DNA from: an uncultured bacterium
GTDB lineage: Bacteria; Verrucomicrobiota; Kiritimatiellia; RFP12; UBA1067
Length of the DNA: 51,338 nucleotides
Direction of reading: 5' to 3'
Assembly (NCBI GenBank): GCA_902803135.1
Contig: CADCPA010000011.1
Span: 1 to 51,338 of the forward strand
Of this stretch, positions 8,217-17,396 are shown piece by piece. A program made the translations under genes and the position numbers. Below the pieces are notes generated by a model that had not been told where the DNA came from, ran no database searches, and worked only from the letters and a program-made list of their open reading frames with translations. Each line of letters begins with the position of its first letter. Position 1 is the first letter of the stretch.

Positions 8217-9958
8217 TTCGGAATTCCCTCCTCTTCGGCGATCTTCGCCGTCAATGCCTGCACCACGGCGCGCGACAGGATGAACACCGCATCCGCGCCG
8301 CCAACCGTCGCGTAGCGTCCGCCACCGGCCGCCACGCCGCCCAAAAGGAGATTCTGCCGCACCGCGTCGGCCTGCTCGAAGTCGACGGCGATCGTGAGAA
8401 ACGGCTGGTCGAGTCCGCAGCGGCGGAAATCGTCCGGCGTCGCCGCCACCGTCTCGACGCCCACGGCGTCCACGCGCGTGAGGGTCGTCAGCAGCTTCTT
8501 GACCGCGTCGACGGACACCGTCGCCGGACGGCCCGCCTCGAGGTTCCAACGCGACCGGTCCGCCGACGGAACGACCGTCATCGCCTCGCCTTCGCGCGGC
8601 GTGAGCGCCAGGCGTCGCACGGACGACGGATCGAGCGAGAGGAGCGTCTTCGAGCGCAGATCGGCGAAGGAGCCGCATTCCGCGAAGAAGGCGGCCGGCA
8701 CCACGACGCCTGGCAGCACGCCGGCGGTCGTCGCCACGGAGACGCGCACCGCGCCCTTCTCCGGCGCCGCGTCGGGCACGTCGTCGCGCTTCATGCGCAG
8801 CACGCGGTCGACCATGGCCGCGGCCGCGGCCGGATCGGCCGGCGCCACGACCGGCGACGAGAGGCGCCAGACCTTGTGCGCATCCTGCGACAGCAGATAC
8901 ACGAGCGAGCCGAGCGTGAAGGACACGGAGACAAGGCGCTCGTTCTCGGCGATCGGGAACACGCGCGTATCGCGGAACGACGCGCCGCCCGCGCGGCAGA
9001 GATCGGCCAGCGCCGCATCCACCGCGACGACCGCCGACCCGTTGCGCACCAGCGCATAGACGAGATTGGTGCCCTTGCGTTCGCCGAAGACGATCTGTTC
9101 GGCCGCCCCGGCCGCCGAACGCACCGTGACCGCGAAACCGGCGTCGGCCGAAAGTCCGTAGGGCACGAGCGCCGAGGGCGTGATTGCCGCGCCGCCGGAA
9201 GCCGAGGGGTTTGCGGCCGAGGGCAGCACGAAATCGGCGATGCGCGCGCTCGCGAGCGCCTGCACGAGCGTCTCGACGGCGGCCGCATCGGCGGGCGCCT
9301 CGACCGGCGCCGCGAGCTTCCAGCCGCCCGAACCGCGCACGAGCTTGACGAACGGGGAGCCGGGCGTGCGAAGATCGATGCCGGCGAACTCATGCGCGCC
9401 GCAGGCGACGAGCGTGCGGCGGCGGAAACCGTCCGCATCCGCCGGCACCGCGTCGTACGCGGCGTACGCGATGGTGAAGACGTTGTGGAGTCCCGCGGTG
9501 CGCGCGTACACTTCCTTGCCGGAGGCCGTGGGCGCGCCGAACATGACACGGGCTTCCGCGGTACGGGTGCGCAGCGTCACCATGGCGCGCGCCATGCCGG
9601 AGAGTCCGAAGTCCGCATAGTCCTCATGCAGCTCCGCGAGCTCCTGATCGGTGCGCATGTCGCCGAGCGGGAACAGCGTCACCGCGTCGATGAGCCGCCG
9701 CACGACCGCTTCGTCCGCCGGCGCCGCGAACGGCGCCACGAGCCGCCAGGCGCCGTCGTCGTCGCGCGCCAGCGCCACGAGGTTCGTGCCGCCGTGCACG
9801 ACGTCGAGGCTTTCGACATCCGCCAGCGCAAAGGTGCAGAGCGAATTCCGGGTCGTCTCGGTGGCGACGACGCGCGCCCGCCAGGAGAGGAAGTAGAGCG
9901 CGGCGGACAGGGCGGCGATGCCCAGGAAAAACAGGAAGATGAAGTGACGGTTGCTCAT
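8213..9958 (-). CDS. DUF4340 domain protein (ABC/GldG-associated)
   Basis: N-terminal TM anchor [23 protein letters not shown], then repeated W(R/K)L..P...PAD...V..L modules typical of DUF4340. The ATG at 9958 overlaps the upstream stop (ATGA). Confidence 0.7.
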   Translation of the reverse strand: MSNRHFIFLFFLGIAALSAALYFLSWRARVVATETTRNSLCTFALADVESLDVVHGGTNLVALARDDDGAWRLVAPFAAPADEAVVRRLIDAVTLFPLGDMRTDQELAELHEDYADFGLSGMARAMVTLRTRTAEARVMFGAPTASGKEVYARTAGLHNVFTIAYAAYDAVPADADGFRRRTLVACGAHEFAGIDLRTPGSPFVKLVRGSGGWKLAAPVEAPADAAAVETLVQALASARIADFVLPSAANPSASGGAAITPSALVPYGLSADAGFAVTVRSAAGAAEQIVFGERKGTNLVYALVRNGSAVVAVDAALADLCRAGGASFRDTRVFPIAENERLVSVSFTLGSLVYLLSQDAHKVWRLSSPVVAPADPAAAAAMVDRVLRMKRDDVPDAAPEKGAVRVSVATTAGVLPGVVVPAAFFAECGSFADLRSKTLLSLDPSSVRRLALTPREGEAMTVVPSADRSRWNLEAGRPATVSVDAVKKLLTTLTRVDAVGVETVAATPDDFRRCGLDQPFLTIAVDFEQADAVRQNLLLGGVAAGGGRYATVGGADAVFILSRAVVQALTAKIAEEEGIPK

Positions 9959-12138
9959 ATCAGACGGCCCTTCCGATAGGCTGCCAGGAGGCCGAGGAAC
10001 AGCACCGCGAACGGCAGCGCCGCCACGGCGCCTACGGCCGTGCGCACCCACCCCGCCCGGTCCATGCCCGTCTCGACGGCATTGCCGGGCGTGCGCGGCG
10101 CCGTGAGGGCGTCGAGGCCCGCGAGCCACGCGAGAGAATTGAGGAAGACGTCGCGGTTCGCGTTCGCGCGCTGCACGAGCGCGCCGTTCGACACGAAGGC
10201 CGCGTCGCCGACGACGACCACGCGGGTGGGCCGCAACGCGACGTCGCGCGAGACGCCGCCGCCGCGTTCGAGGGCGACGGCGAGCGCGAGCGGACCGCCC
10301 GGCTCCGTCGACGCGTCGCGCGTCCAGGGACGCACCGCGGGCTCGCTTTCGCCCCAGGCCGCCGCGTCGGAGCGGACGAGCTCGGTGAACGTCGTGCCTT
10401 CCGCCTGGGCGGCGGCCGTCGCCGCGAGGGGAACGGCCGCCTCGAAGACGACCGTGCTGCCGGCGAGCGGACGTGTAATCGCGTGCTCGGCGAAGTCGCG
10501 CGCGACGACGTCGGTTCCCGAGAGGGTGCGCGGCGAAATCACCGTGTAGGGCATCACCTTCACGCCGAGGTCGGCGAGGAGTGCGCCGACACCCGCATTC
10601 GGCGTGGGCGCAGCCAGCACGAAGAGCCGCCCACCGCTCCGCAGCCACCCTTCCAGGCGCGTCGACTCGGTGCGGGAGAACGGTTCCCGCGCCCCGGCGA
10701 CGACGAGCGCCGCGCAATCGGCCGGCACGGTGATGGCCTGCGTCAGGTCGAGCTTTTCAAGCGTGTAGCCGTCGCGGCGCAGATCGCGTGCGATGTCGCT
10801 GAGACCGGAGACGGGATCGTAGGAGTCGAAGGAAGCCTCGCCGTGCCCGGTCGTCCAGTACACCACCTCGCGCGACGCGGGCAGCGCCAGACGCAGCAAC
10901 GCCGACGCGCAGGCCGCCTCGCCGGCGAAGAGCGCGTCCGACCCCACGGTCAGCGTCTGGTTCGTCGAGACGGACAGAAAATCGCCCAACGGCAGCATGA
11001 TGCGGCGGTTGCCGCGGCGGAAGACGAGCGAACCCTCCTCCGCGCCCGTCCGCACCAAGTCGACGGACTGGGCATATTCCCACCGCGGATCGACGTAGTC
11101 GACCTTCAAGTGGGCGCCGCCCTCGCGCTGCGCCGTGGCTTCGAGTCCGCGCAGCAGGCGGGACACGGCGCGGAACGACGGCGCGCGGCGGGAGAGGAAG
11201 CACGTCACGCTCACGTCGCCCTGCGCGTCCGCGAGGATCTGCCGCGTACGGGCCGACATGCGCACCTCGGCCGCGCGGACCGGCAGTTCGAACGAGAAGT
11301 CGAGGCGGAGCGCAAAGGCGACCACGAGACAGGTGAAAACGAACGCCAGCGCCGTCACGAACAGCGTCGAGCTGCGCAGACCGCGCGCCGCGCGGCCGCG
11401 CATGCGCACCCCGGCGACGGCCTTCGTCGCGGCGAAGACCGCAAAGCAGGTCAGCGCGACATAGAAGACGATGGCGGCGAAGGAGACGAGTCCGGTCGCA
11501 AAGTCGATGATGTGCGCCTCGAACGGGATGGACGCATAATGCGCACGCAGAACCGGCGCCCAGGCCGTCGCCGCGGCGAAGAGCGCGTGCGGCAGCGCCA
11601 GCATCAGCAGCAGGGAGGCGAAGGCCGCGGAGGCGGCATGGCGGAAACACGCGCTCGCCAGCAGACCGGTCGCGCACCAGAGCATCCCCTGCAGCGCCAG
11701 CGCCAGGGCCGCGGGCAGAAAAACCGCGAACGACAGCGTGTCGCGCAGCGCCGGGGCGAAGAACGGCAGGACGAACAGAGGCACGAGCAGATAGAGCGCG
11801 ATCGCCAGCACGACCATCGCGAAGGCGCCCAGCAGCTTGCCCACGACGATGTCGCGCTCGCGGACCGGCGCCGTGAGCAGCAAGTCGAGGCGTCCGCTCG
11901 CGCGTTCGTCGGCCAGCAGGCGCATCGTCAGCAATGCCGCGAGCGCGGGCAGAAACGGCGCCGCCGCCACCGCCCAGAGCGCGGCGACCGGCATCGTGCC
12001 GCCCTCGCCGCGGAACAGCGCGCGCACGAAGAAGCCGCCCGCCAGCGCGAGAAAGCCCGCCAGCGCCACAGCCGTCGACGGCGAGGGCGCGAGACGCCCG
12101 AACGTGCGGGCGAAGACCACGCGCAGCGTCCGCGTCAT
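9955..12138 (-). CDS. Fused ABC-2 type permease / GldG-like auxiliary (ABC_transp_aux) protein
   Basis: The N-terminal roughly 250 aa is multi-TM ABC-2 permease-like. The remainder resembles GldG-type auxiliary components and ends in a C-terminal TM. The ATG at 12138 overlaps the ATPase stop (ATGA). Confidence 0.75.
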   Translation of the reverse strand: MTRTLRVVFARTFGRLAPSPSTAVALAGFLALAGGFFVRALFRGEGGTMPVAALWAVAAAPFLPALAALLTMRLLADERASGRLDLLLTAPVRERDIVVGKLLGAFAMVVLAIALYLLVPLFVLPFFAPALRDTLSFAVFLPAALALALQGMLWCATGLLASACFRHAASAAFASLLLMLALPHALFAAATAWAPVLRAHYASIPFEAHIIDFATGLVSFAAIVFYVALTCFAVFAATKAVAGVRMRGRAARGLRSSTLFVTALAFVFTCLVVAFALRLDFSFELPVRAAEVRMSARTRQILADAQGDVSVTCFLSRRAPSFRAVSRLLRGLEATAQREGGAHLKVDYVDPRWEYAQSVDLVRTGAEEGSLVFRRGNRRIMLPLGDFLSVSTNQTLTVGSDALFAGEAACASALLRLALPASREVVYWTTGHGEASFDSYDPVSGLSDIARDLRRDGYTLEKLDLTQAITVPADCAALVVAGAREPFSRTESTRLEGWLRSGGRLFVLAAPTPNAGVGALLADLGVKVMPYTVISPRTLSGTDVVARDFAEHAITRPLAGSTVVFEAAVPLAATAAAQAEGTTFTELVRSDAAAWGESEPAVRPWTRDASTEPGGPLALAVALERGGGVSRDVALRPTRVVVVGDAAFVSNGALVQRANANRDVFLNSLAWLAGLDALTAPRTPGNAVETGMDRAGWVRTAVGAVAALPFAVLFLGLLAAYRKGRLI

Positions 12139-12836
12139 GCCGCACCGCCTTCCGTGCGCGGCGCCAGGCCGAGCAGGTTCTTCACGCCGAACGCCGTCTT
12201 GGCGCCGAGGATGTGGCCGCTCTGCAGCACGTAGAACTTCGTCGCCCAGGACGCCAACTCGTCGATTTCATGGCCGCTCACGATGATGGCGGCGAAGGAA
12301 GAGATGGCCGCGAGGATGCGGCCGAACGAAAAGCGCGTCGCCGGATCGAGTCCGGCCAGGAGGTCGTCCAGCAGCAGGAAGCGCGGGCGCAGCAGCAGCG
12401 CGTCGGCAAGCGCCACGCGTTTGCGCAGACCGAAGGACAGCGTGCCGATGTAGGTGTCGGCGTGGTCTTCGAGTCCGCACAGGTTCATCGCCTCGAGCAC
12501 GCGGTGGCGGATCTTCTTCGACATCTCGCCGCGCAAGGTGGCGCGGTAGCGAAGGTAGCGCTTGACCGTCAGATCGGGGTCGGCCGGAGCCGATTCGGGC
12601 AGATAGCCCATGATGCGGCGGAAGCGCAGAGGCTGTGCAAAGGTGTCCACACCATCGGCCAGCACGGTGCCGGACGAGGGACAGCAGAGCCCTGCCAAAA
12701 TCTTGAGCAACGTCGTCTTGCCCACCCCGTTTGCCCCGGCCAGAACGGCCGTCTCGCCGGGCGCCACCGAGAAGGACACATCTTCGAGGAGGTTCGCCGC
12801 TCCCCAGGAAAACGCGATGTTCCGCACCTCCAGCAT
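12135..12836 (-). CDS. ABC transporter ATP-binding protein (GldA-like)
   Basis: Walker A GANGVGKTT, signature LSFGLRKR and Walker B FLLLDD. Start is the ATG at 12836 (MLEVRNI). The upstream Ala/Arg extension is rejected. Confidence 0.9.
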   Translation of the reverse strand: MLEVRNIAFSWGAANLLEDVSFSVAPGETAVLAGANGVGKTTLLKILAGLCCPSSGTVLADGVDTFAQPLRFRRIMGYLPESAPADPDLTVKRYLRYRATLRGEMSKKIRHRVLEAMNLCGLEDHADTYIGTLSFGLRKRVALADALLLRPRFLLLDDLLAGLDPATRFSFGRILAAISSFAAIIVSGHEIDELASWATKFYVLQSGHILGAKTAFGVKNLLGLAPRTEGGAA

Positions 12837-12846
12837 TTGAAAATCC

Positions 12847-13263
12847 TCAGTGTCCGCCGCAGGAACCGCCGTGGCAATGGCAACCGCCGCAGCCGCCGCC
12901 CTGCGCGCCACCGCACCCGCCGCCGTGGCCGCCGCACGTGGCACCGCCCATCGCAACGAGCGTACCCGCGATCAGCTGCGCGATGGCGACGTCCGCCGAA
13001 CCGGAAACGCCCGCGAGGGGAATGATGCCCGCCGCGACCAGCGCGCCGAAGGCTCCGGGGCCGATGTCGCCGCACACGACGACATTCACTCCCTGCTGGA
13101 GCAGCCACAGCGCCAGATCCTCATGGCCGACGTCGCCCGCCTCCTTCTCTTCGGACGAGACGACCTGGTCGTCCGCAATCGTGTAAAGCTTGAACCGGGT
13201 GCAACGTCCGAAATGAGGGAAGACCTCCCCATTCGAGAACGGTATGGCGATATTGGCATTCAT
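12847..13263 (-). CDS. NifX/NifB-type (dinitrogenase FeMo-cofactor biosynthesis domain) protein with a Cys/Gly/His-rich tail
   Basis: IAIPFSNGEVFPHFGRCTRFKLY...GVNVVVCGDIGPGAFGALVAAGI matches the Nitro_FeMo-Co domain pattern. The C-terminal tail is GGATCGGHGGGCGGAQGGGCGGCHCHGGSCGGH. Confidence 0.8.
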   Translation of the reverse strand: MNANIAIPFSNGEVFPHFGRCTRFKLYTIADDQVVSSEEKEAGDVGHEDLALWLLQQGVNVVVCGDIGPGAFGALVAAGIIPLAGVSGSADVAIAQLIAGTLVAMGGATCGGHGGGCGGAQGGGCGGCHCHGGSCGGH

Positions 13264-13272
13264 GAGGAATAT

Positions 13273-13281
13273 AGTATAGCA
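13273..13281 (-). promoter_or_regulatory. Extended -10 promoter element TGCTATACT (probably leaderless)
   Basis: Sense strand GGTTTTATGCTATACT followed by only 9 nt (atattcctc) before the ATG at 13263. No SD fits in that space. Confidence 0.4.
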
Positions 13282-13361
13282 TAAAACCGAAGTCCGCTCT
13301 AGTGCGAGTTGCGGGTTTCAACGTCCGACGCGCCCGACTCCCAACGCTCAACCGTCAGCTC

Positions 13362-13407
13362 AAAACAAAAAAGAGCTTGCCCGTCGAATCGGCACGGGCA
13401 AGCTCTT
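13362..13407 (-). terminator. Rho-independent terminator of the histone-like gene
   Basis: Perfect 14-bp stem (13371-13384 with 13394-13407) and a 9-nt loop, followed on the minus-strand RNA by UUUUGUUUUG. Confidence 0.85.
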
Positions 13408-13431
13408 CGAGCACGTTCCGCGGAACGCGAA

Positions 13432-13674
13432 TTACTTCTTCGCCGCCTTCTTGGCGGGGGCCTTCTTCGCAGGCGCAGCTGCCTTCTTCACCGGCGCCGC
13501 GGCCTTTTTCGCGGGAGCGGCCTTCTTGGCGGGGGCGGCGGCCTTCTTGGCGCAGCAGCACTTCTTGGCCGGCGCGGGCTTCTCCGCGGCCTTCTTGGCG
13601 CAGCAGCACTTCTTCGCGGGTGCAGCAGCCTTCTTCACGGGAACCTTTTTAGCAGGGGCCTTCTTTGTAGCCAT
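13432..13674 (-). CDS. Lys/Ala-rich histone H1-like basic protein with two KKCCCAKK motifs (80 aa)
   Basis: MATKKAPAKKVPVKKAAAPAKKCCCAKKAAEKPAPAKKCCCAKKAAAPAKK.... The ATG at 13674 is preceded by AAAGGAAAGGA. A plausible -10 (TATGAT, 13747-13742) and -35 (TTTTCA, 13770-13765) lie upstream, and a strong terminator lies downstream. Confidence 0.6.
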   Translation of the reverse strand: MATKKAPAKKVPVKKAAAPAKKCCCAKKAAEKPAPAKKCCCAKKAAAPAKKAAPAKKAAAPVKKAAAPAKKAPAKKAAKK

Positions 13675-13820
13675 TTGTCTGTCCTTTCCTTTATGACGGG
13701 CGGCGCGCCGTTTGGGACGCAACTACCACGCGTCTGCACATATCATACACCCTTTTTTGCGGTTTGAAAACAGAAAAGTGCGTACGCAGAAAGAAAAGTC
13801 GCGTCGGGAGGCTTTGGGGC

Positions 13821-14753
13821 TCACTTTTTGCCCATGCCGAAGAGGCGCAGGGCGGCGCGGAAGTCCGCGGGAAGCGGCGCGTGCGCTTTGAGTTCCGACC
13901 CCTTCTCCATCGGATTCGGCAGCGAAAGCGAGGCGGCATGCAGCATCTGGCGCGGCACCGTCATGAGACGGGGGTCGCGCGCGCTCTTGAGGCCGAACGT
14001 GCGGTCGCCGACGATCGGGAAGCGAATGCCCGAAAGGTGGCGGCGAATCTGGTTTGTACGGCCCGTCTCGATGCGCACGCGGAGGAAGGAGGCGTCGGGG
14101 CCCACGGCTTCGCGGGCGACGTGCGACACGGCCGGCTGGTCGTCCAGCGGCACGTCGATCTTCTGATGGGCGAACGGGAACCGGCCGGCCACGATGGCGC
14201 AATAGCTCTTCTGGACGCGACGCGTCTTGAACACTTCGACCGCCGCGAGATAGGCGGCGTAGGTCTTGGCGAACAGGAGGCAGCCCGTCGTGTCGCGGTC
14301 GAGACGATGCACGGCCTGAAGGGTCGGCTCGTCGAGCTGCACGCGGAGAATCGCCTCGACGGACTTCGGATCCTCGTTCGACAGAATGCCCGCCGGCTTG
14401 TCCGCGACGACATAGTCGTTCGTCTGCACGAGCACGCGCACGTGCTTGCGCTCTTCCGGCACGAGGACGGTCTTCGTGCTGCCGGCCTGGCGGCGGGCGG
14501 CGGCGGCGACGGCCTTGGGAATTTCAATCGAATCGCCCGTTTTCAGCAGATGGTGCGCAATCCACGTGCAACGGCGGTTCACCCACACGCTGCGGCCGTC
14601 GATCACCGCCTTCGCGGCACGGCGGGAAAGCCCCAGACGTGCCGCGAGGAAATCCTGAAGGGTTTTGCCCGCATCCGGACGGTTGACGACCAGCGTTTCG
14701 ACATTCGCGGCGAACTTCGGCGCCCGCGGTCCCAAACTACGATTGCCTCTCAT
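13821..14753 (-). CDS. RluA-family pseudouridine synthase with S4-like N-terminal domain
   Basis: HRLDRDTTGCLLFAK catalytic motif, an S4-like segment (LQDFLAARLGLSRRAAKAVIDGRSVWVN) and GRTNQIRRHL. Confidence 0.9.
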   Translation of the reverse strand: MRGNRSLGPRAPKFAANVETLVVNRPDAGKTLQDFLAARLGLSRRAAKAVIDGRSVWVNRRCTWIAHHLLKTGDSIEIPKAVAAAARRQAGSTKTVLVPEERKHVRVLVQTNDYVVADKPAGILSNEDPKSVEAILRVQLDEPTLQAVHRLDRDTTGCLLFAKTYAAYLAAVEVFKTRRVQKSYCAIVAGRFPFAHQKIDVPLDDQPAVSHVAREAVGPDASFLRVRIETGRTNQIRRHLSGIRFPIVGDRTFGLKSARDPRLMTVPRQMLHAASLSLPNPMEKGSELKAHAPLPADFRAALRLFGMGKK

Positions 14754-14756
14754 CTC

Positions 14757-15476
14757 CTACACCCGAATGACCGAACCGACGACACCGACCGTCTTCTTGC
14801 CCTGACGATCCGGCGCCAGCTGCACCTCGACGTCCTTCGCCGCCGTGCCGTCCTCCTCGGCCGTGATGCGGATGCTGGTCGTTTCGCCGGCCAGCGCCTG
14901 CTTGAACAGCGCAGCAAGCGGTTCATCTTCAAAATACTCGGCAAAGAAGGCCTTGCAAGCCTCTTCTTCCGTTTCAAGGCCGAACATCTGCAAAAACGCC
15001 GGATTGGCCGCCGTGAAACGCCCGTCCGCCGTGCAGGCGAACAGGGCGGCCTGCGAAACCTCGTAGGCGTTGCCCCGCGTGCGGAAGGCGGCGATCTGGC
15101 GGCGGCGGCGCTCGGTGTTGCGAATGGTGAACACGAGGTCGCCGGGGTTGAGCAGATCGATCAGGCTCACCGTCACTTCGGCGGCAAACGTCGTACCATC
15201 CTTGCGGAGGCAGTTCGCGTCGAGCATCATGTGGCGCGCCTGCTCGAGGCCCGCGCGGATGCGCTGCACCATCTCGGGCGTCACGCCCGGCACAAAGCGC
15301 CCGACCGGCTCGTCACGCACCTCGTCGGTCTGCTCGTAGAGGAAATACTCCTTGGCGCGCGGATTGAGTTCAATCAAGTGCCCGTTGGGATCGGTGATCA
15401 GCACCGCATCGTACATGCCCGCCAGCAACTGGCGGAACAACGACCGGTGATCTTTCATCGTGATGGTGGTGGGCAT
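14757..15476 (-). CDS. Tandem PAS domain protein
   Basis: Two PAS-like modules (LLAGMYDAVLITDPNGHLIELNPRA... and ALFACTADGRFTAANPAFLQMFG...). Start chosen at the ATG at 15476 (MPTTITMKD). The stop lies 3 nt before the rluA-family start. Confidence 0.7.
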   Translation of the reverse strand: MPTTITMKDHRSLFRQLLAGMYDAVLITDPNGHLIELNPRAKEYFLYEQTDEVRDEPVGRFVPGVTPEMVQRIRAGLEQARHMMLDANCLRKDGTTFAAEVTVSLIDLLNPGDLVFTIRNTERRRRQIAAFRTRGNAYEVSQAALFACTADGRFTAANPAFLQMFGLETEEEACKAFFAEYFEDEPLAALFKQALAGETTSIRITAEEDGTAAKDVEVQLAPDRQGKKTVGVVGSVIRV

Positions 15477-15540
15477 GCGCGTCAATCCTCTCTTCCTTTC
15501 AGAAGTGCTTATTATCTCAAAAAATGCGGGCTTTCGCAAG

Positions 15541-15560
15541 TCACTTCTTCACTTCTTCAC
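15541..15560 (-). repeat. Tandem 8-mer x2.5 (plus strand CACTTCTT; sense strand AAGAAGTG) upstream of the PAS gene
   Basis: Read directly as tcacttcttcacttcttcac. Confidence 0.75.
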
Positions 15561-15587
15561 GCCGTTATACCATTCTCGCTGAAATTG

Positions 15588-15596
15588 TGCTATAAT
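15588..15596 (+). promoter_or_regulatory. Extended -10 promoter element TGCTATAAT
   Basis: GAAATTGTGCTATAAT, 69 nt upstream of the ATG at 15665. The leader contains the inverted repeat GTCAGAAG-N21-CTTCTGAC. Confidence 0.4.
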
Positions 15597-15664
15597 ATCG
15601 CCTGTCAGAAGACGTTGCGCCTTTCACCTAGCCTTCTGACAACGAAACGGAAAGAAGGTGCCAC

Positions 15665-16378
15665 ATGAACCTTACCCTCAATGCCCAGATGATCGCCCTC
15701 CTCGCCGGCCTCGGCCTCGTGGGGGCCGGGTGCGTCGATCCCGCCTATTCGAGCTACTACACATCGGACTACGGCACGACGACCTACGGTACGACGACTG
15801 TCGCCCCCGCCACGGTCGTGCCCGCCGGCACCGTCGTCGCGCCGGCCTATGTCGATCAGCCCGTCATCATTGAACGTACGGACTACATCGGTCCGGGTTC
15901 TGTCGGCCCCGCCTACTACGGCGATCCCCGCTACGGCTACGGGCCCGGCATTCCGCCGCCCGGCGGCGGCCGCCGCCATTCGTCGGCGCGCCGGACGCCG
16001 ACCCCGTCGGGACATCGCGCGGGGACAGGCCCTTCGGGACACGGTTCGACGGGACGCCCGGCCGTGATCAAGAACCCGAAGCCGGCCTCGGGCAAGCCAA
16101 GCGCCGCCAAACCGACGCCGCCGAAGAGCGGCTACCAGGCGACGACGGCTCGTCCCGCAATCGCCAAGCCCGCCACCCAGCCGGGTCTGGCGGCGCGCCC
16201 CGCCTCGGCACCGAAGCCGACCTCGGCCAAGCCCTCGACCGGATCGAAACCCTCGTCGGGTTCGCGGTCTTCAGGATCCAAACCCGGCGCCGCGCCGAAG
16301 CCGGACTCCGGCTCAAGCGGCAAGCCGGCGGTGCGGGCGACGCGTCCGTCTGGCGGCGCCGGACTCAAACGCCGCTAA
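15665..16378 (+). CDS. Low-complexity Pro/Ser/Lys-rich lipoprotein
   Basis: Lipobox LVGAGC after a hydrophobic N-terminus, followed by a Tyr/Thr/Gly-rich and then a PKPxSxKP-rich region. GAAGG SD upstream. Confidence 0.55.
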   Translation: MNLTLNAQMIALLAGLGLVGAGCVDPAYSSYYTSDYGTTTYGTTTVAPATVVPAGTVVAPAYVDQPVIIERTDYIGPGSVGPAYYGDPRYGYGPGIPPPGGGRRHSSARRTPTPSGHRAGTGPSGHGSTGRPAVIKNPKPASGKPSAAKPTPPKSGYQATTARPAIAKPATQPGLAARPASAPKPTSAKPSTGSKPSSGSRSSGSKPGAAPKPDSGSSGKPAVRATRPSGGAGLKRR

Positions 16379-16432
16379 GCCGCACAAGTTGAGAGTTGCC
16401 ACCCTGAACAGGTTATGATATTCTTTTGCCCC

Positions 16433-17389
16433 ATGAAAAAGACTTCTTTTGCACGATTCCTCTGCTTTGCCGGCGTTCTCACGACGGGCCTGCTCCCGGC
16501 TGCCACACTTGACGGCCTCGCGGCCAAGGTGAACGACGACGTCATCACCGTCGATGAAATCGCCGGCGAGATGCGCCGTACCGGCGCCCTGAAGCCCGGC
16601 ATGGACTTCGGCCTCGCCTACAGCAACGCCGTCCAGACCGCAATCGACCGCCGCCTTATCCTGCGCCTGGCCGTGGAACGCAAGCTCCAGATGCAGGAAT
16701 GGATCGTGGACAATCGTGTGCGCGAAATCGTCAAGGACAACTTCGACGGCGACTTGAACAAGCTCAACCTGTCGCTCGCGCAGTCCCGCGTCTCGGAAAT
16801 CGACTGGCGCAACCAGATCCGCGACGAGATGATCATTCAGGCGATGCGCTTCCAGCTCGTCGAGAAGACCGTCGAGGCGACTCCCGCCGCGATGCAGGCG
16901 GAATACAAGAACCATCCGGAACGCTACAACACGCAGGCCAGCACGTCCGTCAGCGTCATCCTGCTGCGTCCCCCGGCCGACGACCAGGCCCCGACCGTCG
17001 AAAAGCGCGCCGAGGAGATCCTCGCCCGCCTCAGGAAGGGCGAGCCCTTCGCCGATCTCGCCAAGTCCTTTTCGGCCGACTCCCATGCGAAAGACGGCGG
17101 ACTCTGGAAGAACGTCAAGCCCGAGGAGGCGTTCCGCCCCGAAATCGCCGCGGCGATCGACAAGCTCGTCGTCGGCGAAACCTCGCCGCTCCTCAACCTC
17201 GACGGCTGGGGCTTCATCGTGAAGAAGATCGGCCAGACGAAGGAGCGGAAGCGCTCGTTCGCGGAAGCCTACGAGGAAATCGAAGCCAACGTGAAGAAGG
17301 ATCTCGCCGCTGCCAAGTACAAGGAATGGATCGACCGCCTCCGCGCCGAAGCGTTCATCAAGATCTATCCGCCGCCATCCGAAAAGTGA
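16433..17389 (+). CDS. SurA-like periplasmic chaperone / parvulin-type peptidyl-prolyl isomerase
   Basis: Signal peptide MKKTSFARFLCFAGVLTTG, a SurA_N-like segment (LDGLAAKVNDDVITVDEI) and a PpiC rotamase segment (ILLRPP...FADLAKSFSADSHAKDGGLW). Confidence 0.8.
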   Translation: MKKTSFARFLCFAGVLTTGLLPAATLDGLAAKVNDDVITVDEIAGEMRRTGALKPGMDFGLAYSNAVQTAIDRRLILRLAVERKLQMQEWIVDNRVREIVKDNFDGDLNKLNLSLAQSRVSEIDWRNQIRDEMIIQAMRFQLVEKTVEATPAAMQAEYKNHPERYNTQASTSVSVILLRPPADDQAPTVEKRAEEILARLRKGEPFADLAKSFSADSHAKDGGLWKNVKPEEAFRPEIAAAIDKLVVGETSPLLNLDGWGFIVKKIGQTKERKRSFAEAYEEIEANVKKDLAAAKYKEWIDRLRAEAFIKIYPPPSEK

Positions 17390-17396
17390 TTCCTCA

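Noticed and set aside
4224-8315. 1363-aa plus-strand ORF
   Set aside because: It is antisense to the DUF1080, esterase and epimerase genes. It has shadow-ORF composition and no motifs.
13302-13767. Plus-strand ORFs across the Lys/Ala-repeat gene (e.g. 13451-13696, MAGAFFAGAAAFF...)
   Set aside because: These are complement-strand readings of the AAG/GCC repeats. The terminator orientation and the SD support the minus strand.
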